Below, one piece after another: positions 1-9,978 of a stretch of 64,000 bases of DNA. The notes beneath the pieces are model-generated. The model made no database searches. It saw only the letters and a list, made by a program, of their open reading frames with translations, and was not told where the DNA came from. The position numbers and the translations under genes are program-made. Positions within the stretch are counted from its first letter, which is position 1. Every line of letters begins with the position of its first letter. The stretch lies in sequence record NC_061441.1; one strand, written 5' to 3'.

Positions 1-1506
1 ATGGAAATGTTTTCGCTTGGCCTGGAAGTTCGGGCCATTCGAACTGTCACGAACCCAAAGATTAAGGAAGGTTACCGGACGGCCATGATGGGTCGTCTGG
101 GGCCATCTCACTTTAGTTCGGAAGTAACTCGCAAAGCATTCCGCCGCGTTACAAAGCTGGTGGAAGTGAAAAGCGAAATAATTGATTGGGAAGACTTGCT
201 GGAAGATCCGAACCTGAGCGAGGAGTTCAGGGACAGTCTGCGTGAAGCGGATGAGAAGCCAGCAAAGACCATGAAAGGTTTTGACAAGATATTCGACAGT
301 CTGGAGAAGTACCGCCAGCGCCGTGATATCATGAACCTCGGTAAGCAGATTGCTAAAGACTTTAGCGATGCAGACCCTGAGGAGTTCGACGAACAAACGT
401 ACATGCAAGAGCTGGCTGATAAGCTGGGTCAAGCGCAGCGTGGCACTCGTAAGACCGAGAAGGTTTGGTCATTCGGTGGCAAGAAGTCGAACGCATTAAA
501 GTTGGCGAAACAGGTAATCACTAACCCGAAAGAGGTGATGTACAAGACTGGCTTTAAAACATACGACGACAAGAACGGCGGCTGGCCGACTACTGGCGTT
601 GTGTTGTTGGCTGGTTCAACGTCTGGTGGTAAGTCTGTTATCTCGATGAACGTTGCTGATGCAATGGCGAAAGTGAACGGCATTCACTGTCTCAAGGTCA
701 CACTCGAAATGACCGCCGAGCAGGAAATGAAGCGTATGCTTTCGATGATCAGCGGCATCGACTTCTGGAAGATCAAGCAAGGCAAGTTGACCAAGCGTGA
801 ACAAGCCAAGCTGATGGATGCAGCCAAGAAGTACGATAAGATGGTACGCAAAGCGAAGGGACGTAACTCGTTTACCTCACCTGAGCGTGGAATGTCGATT
901 GATGATGTTCTGTGTATGTCTATACCGTATGGCGTTCACGTAACATTCATCGACTACGTTGGTCTGTTAGAGGGTATCGACAACGATAACCAATGGCGCG
1001 AACTGTCTACGATTGTTCGTAAAGCGAAAGTACACGCGAACGCAACAGGCCAGCTTGTTGTTATCCTGTGTCAGCTTGATGATCAGACAGGTCGTATTCG
1101 TTACTCTGGTGGTATGCGTGAACACGCCGACGTGGTGTGGGCATGGAACTACTCTGACCCAGAGATTCGTGAAGGTAAGCGCATCCCTGTTCAGGTAATG
1201 AAAGCGCGTGATGGTGAGTTGTTCGAAATGGCGTTGGAAGACGCATTCGAAACGATGACTGTACGCGATGCTGGCTCTGATGTTCCTGCCACAAGATCGA
1301 ATGCTATTGCTGCGGACGATATGGAAGGTAAGGGAGATTCCAAGAAGAAATTCGGAAAAGGTAATTTCAAGAAGAAAGATAAAATTGAGATTAAGAAGTC
1401 TCGTCGTGGCGCTGCTGCATTCCTTAACTCGGGAGCTGATAGCGATGATGACGATGGCGACCTACCGAAGAAAAAGAAAAAGCGCAAGTCGTATGACGTA
1501 GCTTAG
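1..1506 (+). CDS. DnaB-like replicative helicase (may be 5'-truncated by window edge)
   Basis: Walker A GSTSGGKS, Walker B IDYVGLL, LCQL motif, ADVVW and KARDG arginine finger; K/D-rich low-complexity C-tail. Confidence 0.88.
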   Translation: MEMFSLGLEVRAIRTVTNPKIKEGYRTAMMGRLGPSHFSSEVTRKAFRRVTKLVEVKSEIIDWEDLLEDPNLSEEFRDSLREADEKPAKTMKGFDKIFDSLEKYRQRRDIMNLGKQIAKDFSDADPEEFDEQTYMQELADKLGQAQRGTRKTEKVWSFGGKKSNALKLAKQVITNPKEVMYKTGFKTYDDKNGGWPTTGVVLLAGSTSGGKSVISMNVADAMAKVNGIHCLKVTLEMTAEQEMKRMLSMISGIDFWKIKQGKLTKREQAKLMDAAKKYDKMVRKAKGRNSFTSPERGMSIDDVLCMSIPYGVHVTFIDYVGLLEGIDNDNQWRELSTIVRKAKVHANATGQLVVILCQLDDQTGRIRYSGGMREHADVVWAWNYSDPEIREGKRIPVQVMKARDGELFEMALEDAFETMTVRDAGSDVPATRSNAIAADDMEGKGDSKKKFGKGNFKKKDKIEIKKSRRGAAAFLNSGADSDDDDGDLPKKKKKRKSYDVA

Positions 1507-1514
1507 GAGTCTTC

Positions 1515-1757
1515 ATGGACAACATCGACTGGCTTGTGTTTGACGACGCAGCCAACCTAAACATAGACAAGGATTATGTCTATCATGTTCGCACCAAGGA
1601 GGGTGCAGAGTATTCTGGTATGTACCCTAACGGTGCAGGCTTTCATTGCCAGAATCCCGGGGAACCGCGCCGTGTATCAATGTCTGACGTAACGCACTAT
1701 GCAGTGCAGATGACGTTTGATGATCACGCCGATAAATACGTGTTCAAACGTGAGTAA
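1515..1757 (+). CDS. hypothetical protein
   Basis: ORF with AGGAG RBS; tight packing with neighbours. Confidence 0.6.
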   Translation: MDNIDWLVFDDAANLNIDKDYVYHVRTKEGAEYSGMYPNGAGFHCQNPGEPRRVSMSDVTHYAVQMTFDDHADKYVFKRE

Positions 1758-2553
1758 GTTCGAAGGTCCGTACGGACTCACTGAGACAGAACACATGGTC
1801 CCACGCTGGACGTACCCTGTTAAGCATGGACAGGTTCGTCGTGTTGAAGCATGGGAACTCGATACGATGCCGAATGCCACGCAGCAAGTGCGCATGGTAA
1901 ACGATATTCATGCAATCCACAGCACACCTGTAGAGGACTACGATGACGAACTCGACCTCGATGAAGAAGCCGCAACGATCTCAAAAACTGAGTCCAGACT
2001 TCTTATCAAGCCTCGACTCAATGAAATCCGCTCCCGTCACAACAAAGACCACATTAGTCCAGAGAACGTCTTCACCGTCAGCGACGAAGTAATTGATGGT
2101 GCGCTGGACAGCATTGACAGCTACTCGGAAACATTCCGCGAGTACCTGATGCACCATGTGTTCAGCCCGATACTTGGGTTTGACATTGCAGCGGGTGAAG
2201 TGGAAGCAATCGCCAAAGACTGCCTCAAAACGGATCTTGAGATAGACAGCGAGCTTGTGCCGTATATCGAGCGCGTAGGGCTTGCTAACGTTCTTGGCGC
2301 TATGCTTACGAAGTCACAGTCAGTGCCTGAGCAAGTACGCGCAGACGTTCTGAAAGACTGGTTGATCAAAGCGTTTGATGACGTTCGCGCAGAGCACAAA
2401 GCGAAGAACACCACCAATGGTCTTCGTGCGCAAATTCGTCGTCTAATGCACGGCAACACCGACCTTGTTGCTAAAGGCACGGGCACGGGTATCGGTACGA
2501 CAAGAGGATTTTCTGAGTACAGGAAACAGATGAACGAGAATGGCCAAGCCTAA
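1750..2553 (+). CDS. hypothetical protein directly upstream of terL (position compatible with a small terminase, not demonstrated)
   Basis: Long ORF overlapping the terL start; GTG start chosen from overlap with upstream stop. Confidence 0.6.
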   Translation: MSKFEGPYGLTETEHMVPRWTYPVKHGQVRRVEAWELDTMPNATQQVRMVNDIHAIHSTPVEDYDDELDLDEEAATISKTESRLLIKPRLNEIRSRHNKDHISPENVFTVSDEVIDGALDSIDSYSETFREYLMHHVFSPILGFDIAAGEVEAIAKDCLKTDLEIDSELVPYIERVGLANVLGAMLTKSQSVPEQVRADVLKDWLIKAFDDVRAEHKAKNTTNGLRAQIRRLMHGNTDLVAKGTGTGIGTTRGFSEYRKQMNENGQA

Positions 2554-5368
2554 GAAGGGTCCAGCTTTCTCCCTACGTCCAAAACGCATTGCGGCCTTTG
2601 ATGCGCTGCTTGGTGATGACGTACAGGTAGAGGCTTCCGCTGACATGGACTTCTTGTCAGATAATAGTTCAAGTGCGATTAACTTCTTGGAGAAGGGTGA
2701 GGTTAATATCGTTGACTTGGTTGAGGGCGCACTGGAACAACGCACCCTCGTACCACGCGATTTGAAGTTCGACGACAGTTCAATGCCTAAGGCGAAACAC
2801 TTCCTTGAGTGGTGCACTAGTCCCGACTTCCTTAAAGCCGAACCGTATCTTGAACAGGCCTTGATTGGTCTTCGCTTATTCGGAGAGATTTGTGTTCGAT
2901 GCTCTCCTAATCTGCAATGGATGTACACTGAAAACCACGAGCCACAAGAAACAACTGCCGCAATCGAGGAACACTTGCACCTGCTTCATAATGGTGTGTG
3001 CCCTCATTGCGGCGCTCGTCGTTCTGAGATGATTCGCAAGAAAGAGATGAACTTCTACAACGAACTGGCTGTGAACGCCGGACAGCGTTGTGTGATTGCT
3101 TCAACTCCTGTTGTGACTTCTCGTGGTATCATGCCTATTGGGCATATGATGGTCGGCCATGACACTCCTGGTTTCCATAAGCCTCGTCGCAACTTCAATG
3201 CGCACAACGGGCGGGAGATCAAGAACGTCAGTCAGGTGTATGTCTCCGATGAAAGCCCAACGAAAGTCGTGACTCTTGCAAATGGCATGTGGATTGAAGC
3301 AACTCATGAGCACCCTGTGCGCACTGAGCAAGGCTTCAAGAAAGTGTCTAAGTTGAAAGTAGGCGACCGTATCGAAATCAAACTCGGTACGAACTCGTGG
3401 GGTAAGATTCAACGTCCTGTGTCTATCTATGATGCTGGACTCTCCGTGCGTGAGGAAGCTCTGCGGTATATCGCTGATCGCTCGCTCGCAATCGGAGACA
3501 AGATGCAGTATGTGTCCGATGATGTTGACGCGCTACAGATGGTGTGGTCGATTCTTATCAATGCTGGCCATATGCCTCAAGTGTTGCACGACACGCGAAG
3601 CTGGAGCATTGTTTATGATCTTAATGAGCCGCCTGAGTGCCGCTCTCTCCATGTCGAAGTGCAGTCAGTAGATGAAGGTACACCTCAGGTAACGTATGAT
3701 CTACAGATGGAGGGCTTGCCTCAATTCGTAGCGTCAGGCCTGCTGCATCACAATAGCGGTAAGTCGGTTGTGGTAGCGATGATCTCTACCTATCTGACAC
3801 ACAGACTGCTTATGTCGCAATCGCCTACTGGTATCTTGAGCATCGACAGCACAACCGTATTGCACGGAACGTTCGTCGCGCTGACCCAGAAGCAAGCGGC
3901 AGATACACTCTGGACGCCGTACTTCAACTACATCATGGGTAGTCCTTGGTTCCAAGCCTATCATGATCTGATTCGCAAACACGAGCGCCGTTACGGCATC
4001 GAGGTGATGAAGATTCGTGATACGTTCGTTTTGTACGGACACAGGAACTTTGTTATCTACCCAGCAGGCCCAGATGGTCGTATTCTTCGTGGTCGAACCC
4101 GTGTACTGGCGGTGATCGATGAAGTGGCGTATTTCGACAACGACGCCCAATCCAAAAAGATCAAAGTCAGTGCTGGTGCAGTGTACGGAGCACTTGACCG
4201 TTCACTTGCAACCGTGCGAGCGAAAGAGAAACGACAAGTCGAGGCAGGCTACGACGAGGCATTCACGGGCTACTTCTGCAACATCAGTAGTCCGGTACAC
4301 GCTCGTGATAAAATCAATGAGCTGTTGCGTATGTCAGTAGGCTCGGAGAAGCTGTTAGGCATTCATGCTCCTACGTGGAAGATGAACCCTGATATGCCAC
4401 GTAACTCCGAGTTCCTTGTCGAAGCATTCCGTCGTGACCCTGTTGGTGCAGCGCGAGATTATGGCGCAGAAGCACCGTTGTCCGCTAACCCGTTCATCAC
4501 GCAGCCTACGTTTATCGCAGATGCTATCCGTGAGAAAGGTCGTTCGATGTGTACCTACACGCATCATATCATTCGACACAAAGACGGTGAACGCCAGCGC
4601 TATGGTAGTCTGGTAAAAGCGGCAACGACAACCAAGGCGTCCATCCTTGCGATAGATGCTGGCTTCTCGAATAACAGCTTCGCACTCGTAACAGGTTCGC
4701 GTGGTGACGATGGTATTATCAGTGTTGACTGTCTGGTGGAGATCGTTCCAAAGCCAGGCATACCTCTGAACTATACTCTCATCTTTGACGAACTGCTTAT
4801 ACCTCTGTGTAAAGCGCGTAACGTGCGCGTCATGCTTGCTGACCAGTGGCAGTCTCTCAAACTGCTGCAAGACGCCAAGCTGAAAGTTGATTCGATTGAG
4901 GAGTCCGACCAGTACAGCCTGAAATATCAGGACATGTGGACTGTGAAGACGATGTTTGAATCCACTCCATCGAAAATCAGCTTACCGCGTATGACTCATG
5001 CTAACACGATTATGGACACGCTGAAATACGATGGCGATGAATATCCTCAGTGCTTCGAGAACAAACCAACAGAGCACTTGATCATGCAGCTCCAGACAGT
5101 GCAGGACACTGGGCGTAGCGTAATCAAGAACACAGGTGCAACCGATGACTTGTGGCGAGCGATGGCACTCATGGTCTATGGCTTCGAGTGTGGTAACTAC
5201 GACGAGTATCTGACGAAAGCGCCAGAAGTAGCAATCAACCGTGACCCGAATCGCTTGGGTCGTGTGGCGCATAGGCTTAACTCTGGCTCTGCTTCTATTG
5301 GCCGTCCACAGCTTAGTGGTGGTCGTGTTCTTGGTTCTGCGCGTACTCGGATGATCGGCCGTAAGTAA
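2540..5368 (+). CDS. terL: terminase large subunit, intein-containing
   Basis: After intein removal Walker A reads GQR-SGKS; Walker B VIDEVAYF; ISSP motif; RNase H-like nuclease ILAIDAG and C-terminal DD. Confidence 0.9.
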   Translation: MAKPKKGPAFSLRPKRIAAFDALLGDDVQVEASADMDFLSDNSSSAINFLEKGEVNIVDLVEGALEQRTLVPRDLKFDDSSMPKAKHFLEWCTSPDFLKAEPYLEQALIGLRLFGEICVRCSPNLQWMYTENHEPQETTAAIEEHLHLLHNGVCPHCGARRSEMIRKKEMNFYNELAVNAGQRCVIASTPVVTSRGIMPIGHMMVGHDTPGFHKPRRNFNAHNGREIKNVSQVYVSDESPTKVVTLANGMWIEATHEHPVRTEQGFKKVSKLKVGDRIEIKLGTNSWGKIQRPVSIYDAGLSVREEALRYIADRSLAIGDKMQYVSDDVDALQMVWSILINAGHMPQVLHDTRSWSIVYDLNEPPECRSLHVEVQSVDEGTPQVTYDLQMEGLPQFVASGLLHHNSGKSVVVAMISTYLTHRLLMSQSPTGILSIDSTTVLHGTFVALTQKQAADTLWTPYFNYIMGSPWFQAYHDLIRKHERRYGIEVMKIRDTFVLYGHRNFVIYPAGPDGRILRGRTRVLAVIDEVAYFDNDAQSKKIKVSAGAVYGALDRSLATVRAKEKRQVEAGYDEAFTGYFCNISSPVHARDKINELLRMSVGSEKLLGIHAPTWKMNPDMPRNSEFLVEAFRRDPVGAARDYGAEAPLSANPFITQPTFIADAIREKGRSMCTYTHHIIRHKDGERQRYGSLVKAATTTKASILAIDAGFSNNSFALVTGSRGDDGIISVDCLVEIVPKPGIPLNYTLIFDELLIPLCKARNVRVMLADQWQSLKLLQDAKLKVDSIEESDQYSLKYQDMWTVKTMFESTPSKISLPRMTHANTIMDTLKYDGDEYPQCFENKPTEHLIMQLQTVQDTGRSVIKNTGATDDLWRAMALMVYGFECGNYDEYLTKAPEVAINRDPNRLGRVAHRLNSGSASIGRPQLSGGRVLGSARTRMIGRK
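3089..3754 (+). mobile_element. intein in TerL Walker A (222 aa, endonuclease absent or remnant)
   Basis: Starts C-VIASTPV, block B EATHEHP, block F TYDLQM, ends HHN followed by +1 Ser. Confidence 0.9.
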
Positions 5369-5370
5369 GC

Positions 5371-5380
5371 TAATTTAACC
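5371..5380 (+). promoter_or_regulatory. TAATTTAACC candidate late-promoter motif upstream of zinc-ribbon/portal genes
   Basis: Identical 10-mer at 28568; related TAATTT motifs upstream of other operons. Confidence 0.4.
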
Positions 5381-5400
5381 GAGTCAGCAACTAGAGGAAT

Positions 5401-5622
5401 ATGATCATGAGTAAGCACTATAACCCATTGCTCAACAATAACTCTGTAAAGTCAGAGTCAAGCGGCAAGCAGGTGGAAAGCACCAGCGCCGCTTTCGTTG
5501 TTGAGAGCGCTAACGTGTGTCCCAAATGCAGCTCTGCGACTGTCCCTACACAACTTCTCTCAGGAGAGGGTGTGATGTTCTGTACAGGCTGCCGCGTGAG
5601 CCTCGCAATCCCATTGAAGTGA
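5401..5622 (+). CDS. small zinc-ribbon protein
   Basis: CPKC...CTGC; GAGG RBS. Confidence 0.65.
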   Translation: MIMSKHYNPLLNNNSVKSESSGKQVESTSAAFVVESANVCPKCSSATVPTQLLSGEGVMFCTGCRVSLAIPLK

Positions 5623-5629
5623 GGTAATT

Positions 5630-7567
5630 ATGGGCGTCCAGGTTGGTCGTCGTCAATTAGGCGGCACACACCAAGAGCCTGCAAAGAAGAAAGAAAAATC
5701 TCTCGGCGCAGCCTCTTTACCGCGCGAGATAGGCAAAGCAATCCGCAGTGAGAGTTCACGTCGTCATTCAGACTTCGTATCTCAATCTGCGGGTGGCGCA
5801 GGAATGGCTGCCGGTAATATGCAGATTGGTACCGTGCCTCTTGATATCGACTTAGAGCCGATGATGGAAGGTATGGACTATGATGCTGATGACCGACAGC
5901 TATTCAATGTCTACCGCGATATGTACCACTTTGACCCAATCTGCGGCTCCTACGTGGACCTGTTCTCGACGCTGCCATTCTCCGATGTGAGTTTCAGTGG
6001 CGCTAAGGACAGTGTCCTTGAGCCGTACTACGAAGTGAACGAACGTCTGTCACTGACAACCAGTATGCCGAACATCACAACCGATATTCAGGTTACTGGC
6101 GCGTTCTGTGGCTCGATGATCTACAACAAAGACCGTAAAAAGTTTATCGACCTGATGACGCACCGTTACGACAACATCGACGTAACGCCACTGCCGTTTA
6201 TCAGTCAGGACCCGATGTTCGAACTGCGCATTCCTCAATACGTGAAGTCTGCTTTCGCTAAAGAAGGCAAACGCATTGACGCGCTGAAAAAAGAACTGGG
6301 CCCCGCGTTCGTTGATAAGCTCATGAACGACGTGACGATGGAACTCGACCCTATCGGCACAATCTACATCCCACGTAAAACGTTCAGCTTTGGCGAAGGT
6401 ATCTCGGTGTTACGCCGTGTCCTGCCGATTTGGCTGATTGAGAAGAATCTCTATCGTGGTACGCTGATTGAGTCAGGCCGTCGTCAACGTGGTATCTTAC
6501 ATGCCCAGCTGGGTGATGGTGATCAGTGGGAACCGTCGCAAGAAGAAATGGACTTTATGACCGACCTTCTTCTGTCTGCGGATAGTGACCCGATTGGATC
6601 TATCATTACAACCCGACTCGGTGTGAACATCAGTGAGTTCCGTCAAGGCGGTGACTTCTGGAAGATTACGGATATCTGGGACCAGACTGCTCAATTCAAA
6701 ATGCGAGCTATGGGTATCAGTGAAGCGTTCCTCTCTGGTGAAGCGAACTATGACTCGGGCGCTGCTGGCCTGACGATTTTCGTTGAAGCAATGCGAGCGT
6801 TCCGTGATCACCTGACGCGTAAAGTCTACTACGAGAAAGTCTTCCCTCTTATCAGTATGATGAATGGCTTGGCTGTTCAGCGTAACGGTAAGATTATCAA
6901 AAAGAACAACATGATGGAAGGTGGCCTGACCGAAGTAATGTACAAGATGAATGACGGCTCTAAGCTGTTTATTCCTAACGTGCATTGGTCTAAGCAACTG
7001 CGTCCTGATGTTGACCAGGCGATGATGGAAAACTTACGTGCGATGACTGAGCTGGGTGTTCCAGTTCCGTTACGTGCTATCGCTGCGGCTGGCGGGTACA
7101 ACTTCGACCAGATTCTTATGGATCAGGATGAAGACCTCGCAATGCGCCGTAAGCTGATGGCGTACCGCAAACGTCAGGCTGAAATCGATCAGGAGTTCGC
7201 TCCGCCTGAGCCAGGTGCTGGCGGTGGTGACGGTGATAGCTTTAGTTCTGTTAGCTCAATGTCTGCTGACTTGCAGCGTCGTCGCCGTCACGTAGCTGGT
7301 ATCGGTCTGTCTTCTGCTGTGCTTGGTGGTGAACAACGCAAGCTGCTTAACCGTGACTTTGGTGAACGTTCTGAAATCTTTGAACTGTCCAAGACAGGTA
7401 AGAAGAAGCACGTCTTCCGTCAGTCCGTTGCTAACAGCAAAGCAAATGACGCTATCTGGAAAGCGGCTAAGACGTATGAGGCAAACAAAACGATGCCACT
7501 GGATAACGGCAAGGTATCATTCCAGCCGACACCTGGTGAGCTTCGTGCAATGTCGAGACTCCGTTAA
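5630..7567 (+). CDS. probable portal protein
   Basis: 645 aa, follows terL; portal-like layout (YRDMY..DPICGSYVDL helix region, GxSEAFLSGEANY segment); call is partly positional. Confidence 0.65.
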   Translation: MGVQVGRRQLGGTHQEPAKKKEKSLGAASLPREIGKAIRSESSRRHSDFVSQSAGGAGMAAGNMQIGTVPLDIDLEPMMEGMDYDADDRQLFNVYRDMYHFDPICGSYVDLFSTLPFSDVSFSGAKDSVLEPYYEVNERLSLTTSMPNITTDIQVTGAFCGSMIYNKDRKKFIDLMTHRYDNIDVTPLPFISQDPMFELRIPQYVKSAFAKEGKRIDALKKELGPAFVDKLMNDVTMELDPIGTIYIPRKTFSFGEGISVLRRVLPIWLIEKNLYRGTLIESGRRQRGILHAQLGDGDQWEPSQEEMDFMTDLLLSADSDPIGSIITTRLGVNISEFRQGGDFWKITDIWDQTAQFKMRAMGISEAFLSGEANYDSGAAGLTIFVEAMRAFRDHLTRKVYYEKVFPLISMMNGLAVQRNGKIIKKNNMMEGGLTEVMYKMNDGSKLFIPNVHWSKQLRPDVDQAMMENLRAMTELGVPVPLRAIAAAGGYNFDQILMDQDEDLAMRRKLMAYRKRQAEIDQEFAPPEPGAGGGDGDSFSSVSSMSADLQRRRRHVAGIGLSSAVLGGEQRKLLNRDFGERSEIFELSKTGKKKHVFRQSVANSKANDAIWKAAKTYEANKTMPLDNGKVSFQPTPGELRAMSRLR

Positions 7568-7902
7568 TGTACAACGTAGCAACGTGTCCAATTGACGGTA
7601 CTGAGAAGGTGGTTGTGTATCGCCACCCTATCTTTACTGACTACGGTTTGGGTTTGAAGATAGACCGCAATCCTGATATGCCTATTGTCGAATGCAATAT
7701 CGTGACAGGCACTATCGACGGCGAATCTAAACTCGAAACCATCAGCGACCATACGGCACCACTCGAAGTTCAGGTGTGGTGTTTTACTGGTATGCTGACT
7801 CTGCGCGAATCTGTAAATATGCAGAGCCTATCACTCGATGCTTTATTCCCTAATAATGGGGGCATCGTATACTACAGACAAAACCAGGAGAGTACATCGT
7901 GA
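7567..7902 (+). CDS. hypothetical protein
   Basis: ORF translationally coupled (TAATG). Confidence 0.6.
   Translation: MYNVATCPIDGTEKVVVYRHPIFTDYGLGLKIDRNPDMPIVECNIVTGTIDGESKLETISDHTAPLEVQVWCFTGMLTLRESVNMQSLSLDALFPNNGGIVYYRQNQESTS
7811..7819 (+). promoter_or_regulatory. CTGTAAATA candidate phage promoter motif
   Basis: One of 7 exact + strand copies found by eye, each shortly upstream of a gene start. Confidence 0.45.
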
Positions 7903-8282
7903 GTGGATTATTCCCGCATCGCGTTATCGATCAGAAAGCAGGTTTCGTATTCGTTGTGCAGCCTGCCGACGAAAACGATGAAGACGCGGTTGAAGCGGCT
8001 AAGGAAGTTGAAGCCGTTCTGGCCGAAGCGTGGCCAACTGCGCCGTCTGAACTGTCTGTCGAAGACGTGCGTGACCCAGAAGAAGCCGAGCTGGTGTTTG
8101 CTGATATCATGCAACTGCTGGAAGAAGCAGAGCGTGAAGAAGCAAATCAGATCGTGGTTAGTGGTCTTCTGATTGTCGGCGATCTGGTCATCGTCAACTG
8201 TATGTTGACTGGTGAAGACCTGTCTGACGAAGAAGACGAAGACGATGATTCCGTTGAAGCCGACGAAGAAGACTTCGCTTAA
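7899..8282 (+). CDS. highly acidic hypothetical protein
   Basis: About 39 D/E versus about 5 K/R in 127 aa; AGGAG RBS. Confidence 0.7.
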   Translation: MSGLFPHRVIDQKAGFVFVVQPADENDEDAVEAAKEVEAVLAEAWPTAPSELSVEDVRDPEEAELVFADIMQLLEEAEREEANQIVVSGLLIVGDLVIVNCMLTGEDLSDEEDEDDDSVEADEEDFA

Positions 8283-8291
8283 CGTCTGTCG

Positions 8292-8311
8292 TGAGGACCT
8301 TCGGGTCCTCA
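8292..8311 (+). promoter_or_regulatory. UUCG-capped hairpin overlapping RBS/start of a small ORF
   Basis: TGAGGACC-TTCG-GGTCCTCA perfect 8-bp stem; no U-tract. Confidence 0.55.
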
Positions 8312-8445
8312 TGAATCTAACCGAGACTAATCCGGTATACGCAGCAAAGTTCCTCACGAACAAAACTGACGACGAAGCACGGTCGTTACTTGCTGCCCTT
8401 AAAAACGATGAGGTAACATCACTGTACGATCTAATGGTGACGTGA
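8311..8445 (+). CDS. small hypothetical protein (44 aa, MNLTETNPVY...)
   Basis: ATG at 8311 fills the gap and overlaps the next start (GTGA). Confidence 0.45.
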   Translation: MNLTETNPVYAAKFLTNKTDDEARSLLAALKNDEVTSLYDLMVT

Positions 8446-8942
8446 TGGAAAATAGTACCGCGGACGAAAGTCCTAATAGCGCAAGGCATCGCATATTCTT
8501 CAAGCAGCCGAAACGAGTACCTCCCTTCGATACAGCTTTCGTTCGTTCATCTAATCGTGAAGGTCTGAAAGTCCTCCTATCGGCTGCCCCTGAACACTGT
8601 CAGATCATTTTGTTTTCGGACGGCCTCGGCATCGCTTATGCCATGAAACGCCTCTTTAAGCGCAACTTCAAACTCTGTTCGCAAGCTCTACAATTCGACC
8701 TTAGGACACTTACGTTCACAGGTCAAGTCGTCTATCAATTCACTCGCGGTGGCGGTGTGTACGACCCTATGGCCAGATACTTCTGCGCTGGCGATAGTCA
8801 CCTGCATGAACTCGCACAGACGACGAAGATTGCCGAAACCGAAACGGACACCATTGATATGTTCTGTTGCGGCTTGGCGTTCCATCGCGTGTTGCTTGAG
8901 CGTGGTCGAGGGCGTTCTATCGTTTTCGCGGAGGAACAATGA
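8442..8942 (+). CDS. hypothetical protein
   Basis: ORF coupled to neighbours. Confidence 0.6.
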   Translation: MMENSTADESPNSARHRIFFKQPKRVPPFDTAFVRSSNREGLKVLLSAAPEHCQIILFSDGLGIAYAMKRLFKRNFKLCSQALQFDLRTLTFTGQVVYQFTRGGGVYDPMARYFCAGDSHLHELAQTTKIAETETDTIDMFCCGLAFHRVLLERGRGRSIVFAEEQ

Positions 8943-9967
8943 GTAGATCGTTCGCCTCTATCGGGAAGACTCCCGTTGCAGGTGCTACCCAGAAGATGAA
9001 GATCAAGTACGGCAAACAGCCGATGCTTCACATTGTTGATGCGTCAAACTGGATGTGCCGTGCTTACTTCGCTACGAATAAGAACCCGACCTATGCCAAA
9101 GACGGTACGCCTACTTATGGCTTACGCCAGTTCATGAACATGGTCAAGGACCTGATTGATATTGCCGCGAAAGACCCTAACGGTGCATATCTCGCATTCT
9201 GCTTCGACCCAGGCTCGAACGAGACTTGGCGTTATCGCGCTATCCAGCAATGGACAGCCGAGAACAAGAAGAAGTATGTGCGTCAGGTCTTCAAGAAGTC
9301 GAGCGATTACAAAGGCAATCGTGATCGCTCTCTGACTAAAGAGCTGGGCGTCCAGATGAAGTTGGCCCGCGACATTCTGGAAATGGCTGGCTACTATGTT
9401 GGCCTGAAACGTCCGTATGAGTGTGATGATTTGGTTGGCACGTTAAGCGACCGCTTCAAGCACAAGTGCCTGATCAAGCTCTATTCGCGTGACAAAGACT
9501 ACGTGCAACTTGTTGACCACAAGAACGTGGAACTTATTATGCAGGCGCAGTCGAATGCAGCCGAGCGTCGCTTCACGCTTAAAACTGCACAAGGATTCTT
9601 CGGTGTACCTCCAGACCGTGTTATTGATATGCTTGCCCTCTCTGGCGATAGCGTCGATAACGTACCTGGGATTCCTGGCATTGGCGAAAAGACTGCTGCC
9701 GAGTTTATCAACCGCTTTGGTGGTGCTCTCGAACTTCGAGAAGCGTTACTCAGTGGTGAACTCAAATCGAAGGCCGGTTGGGCGAAAGCTCTTATCGGGG
9801 AAATCCCTTCAATGGATATTGAATTGCAGATGGAGCTTGTAACTATCGACCGTAACGTACCGACGCTTCCACGTAAGCTCGATGCGTTCGTGCCTGGCCG
9901 CCCAGACATAAAAGCGTTGAAAGCAACTATGAAACGCCTGGGTCTGCCTCACTTATTACACGTCTAG
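8939..9967 (+). CDS. 5'-3' exonuclease / flap endonuclease (PolA N-terminal, T5 D15/T4 RNase H-like)
   Basis: HIVDAS, FCFD, YKGNR, ECDDLVGT, SRDKDYVQL, GDSVDNVPGIPGIGEKTA (H3TH). Confidence 0.93.
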   Translation: MSRSFASIGKTPVAGATQKMKIKYGKQPMLHIVDASNWMCRAYFATNKNPTYAKDGTPTYGLRQFMNMVKDLIDIAAKDPNGAYLAFCFDPGSNETWRYRAIQQWTAENKKKYVRQVFKKSSDYKGNRDRSLTKELGVQMKLARDILEMAGYYVGLKRPYECDDLVGTLSDRFKHKCLIKLYSRDKDYVQLVDHKNVELIMQAQSNAAERRFTLKTAQGFFGVPPDRVIDMLALSGDSVDNVPGIPGIGEKTAAEFINRFGGALELREALLSGELKSKAGWAKALIGEIPSMDIELQMELVTIDRNVPTLPRKLDAFVPGRPDIKALKATMKRLGLPHLLHV

Positions 9968-9978
9968 TAGAGGATAGC

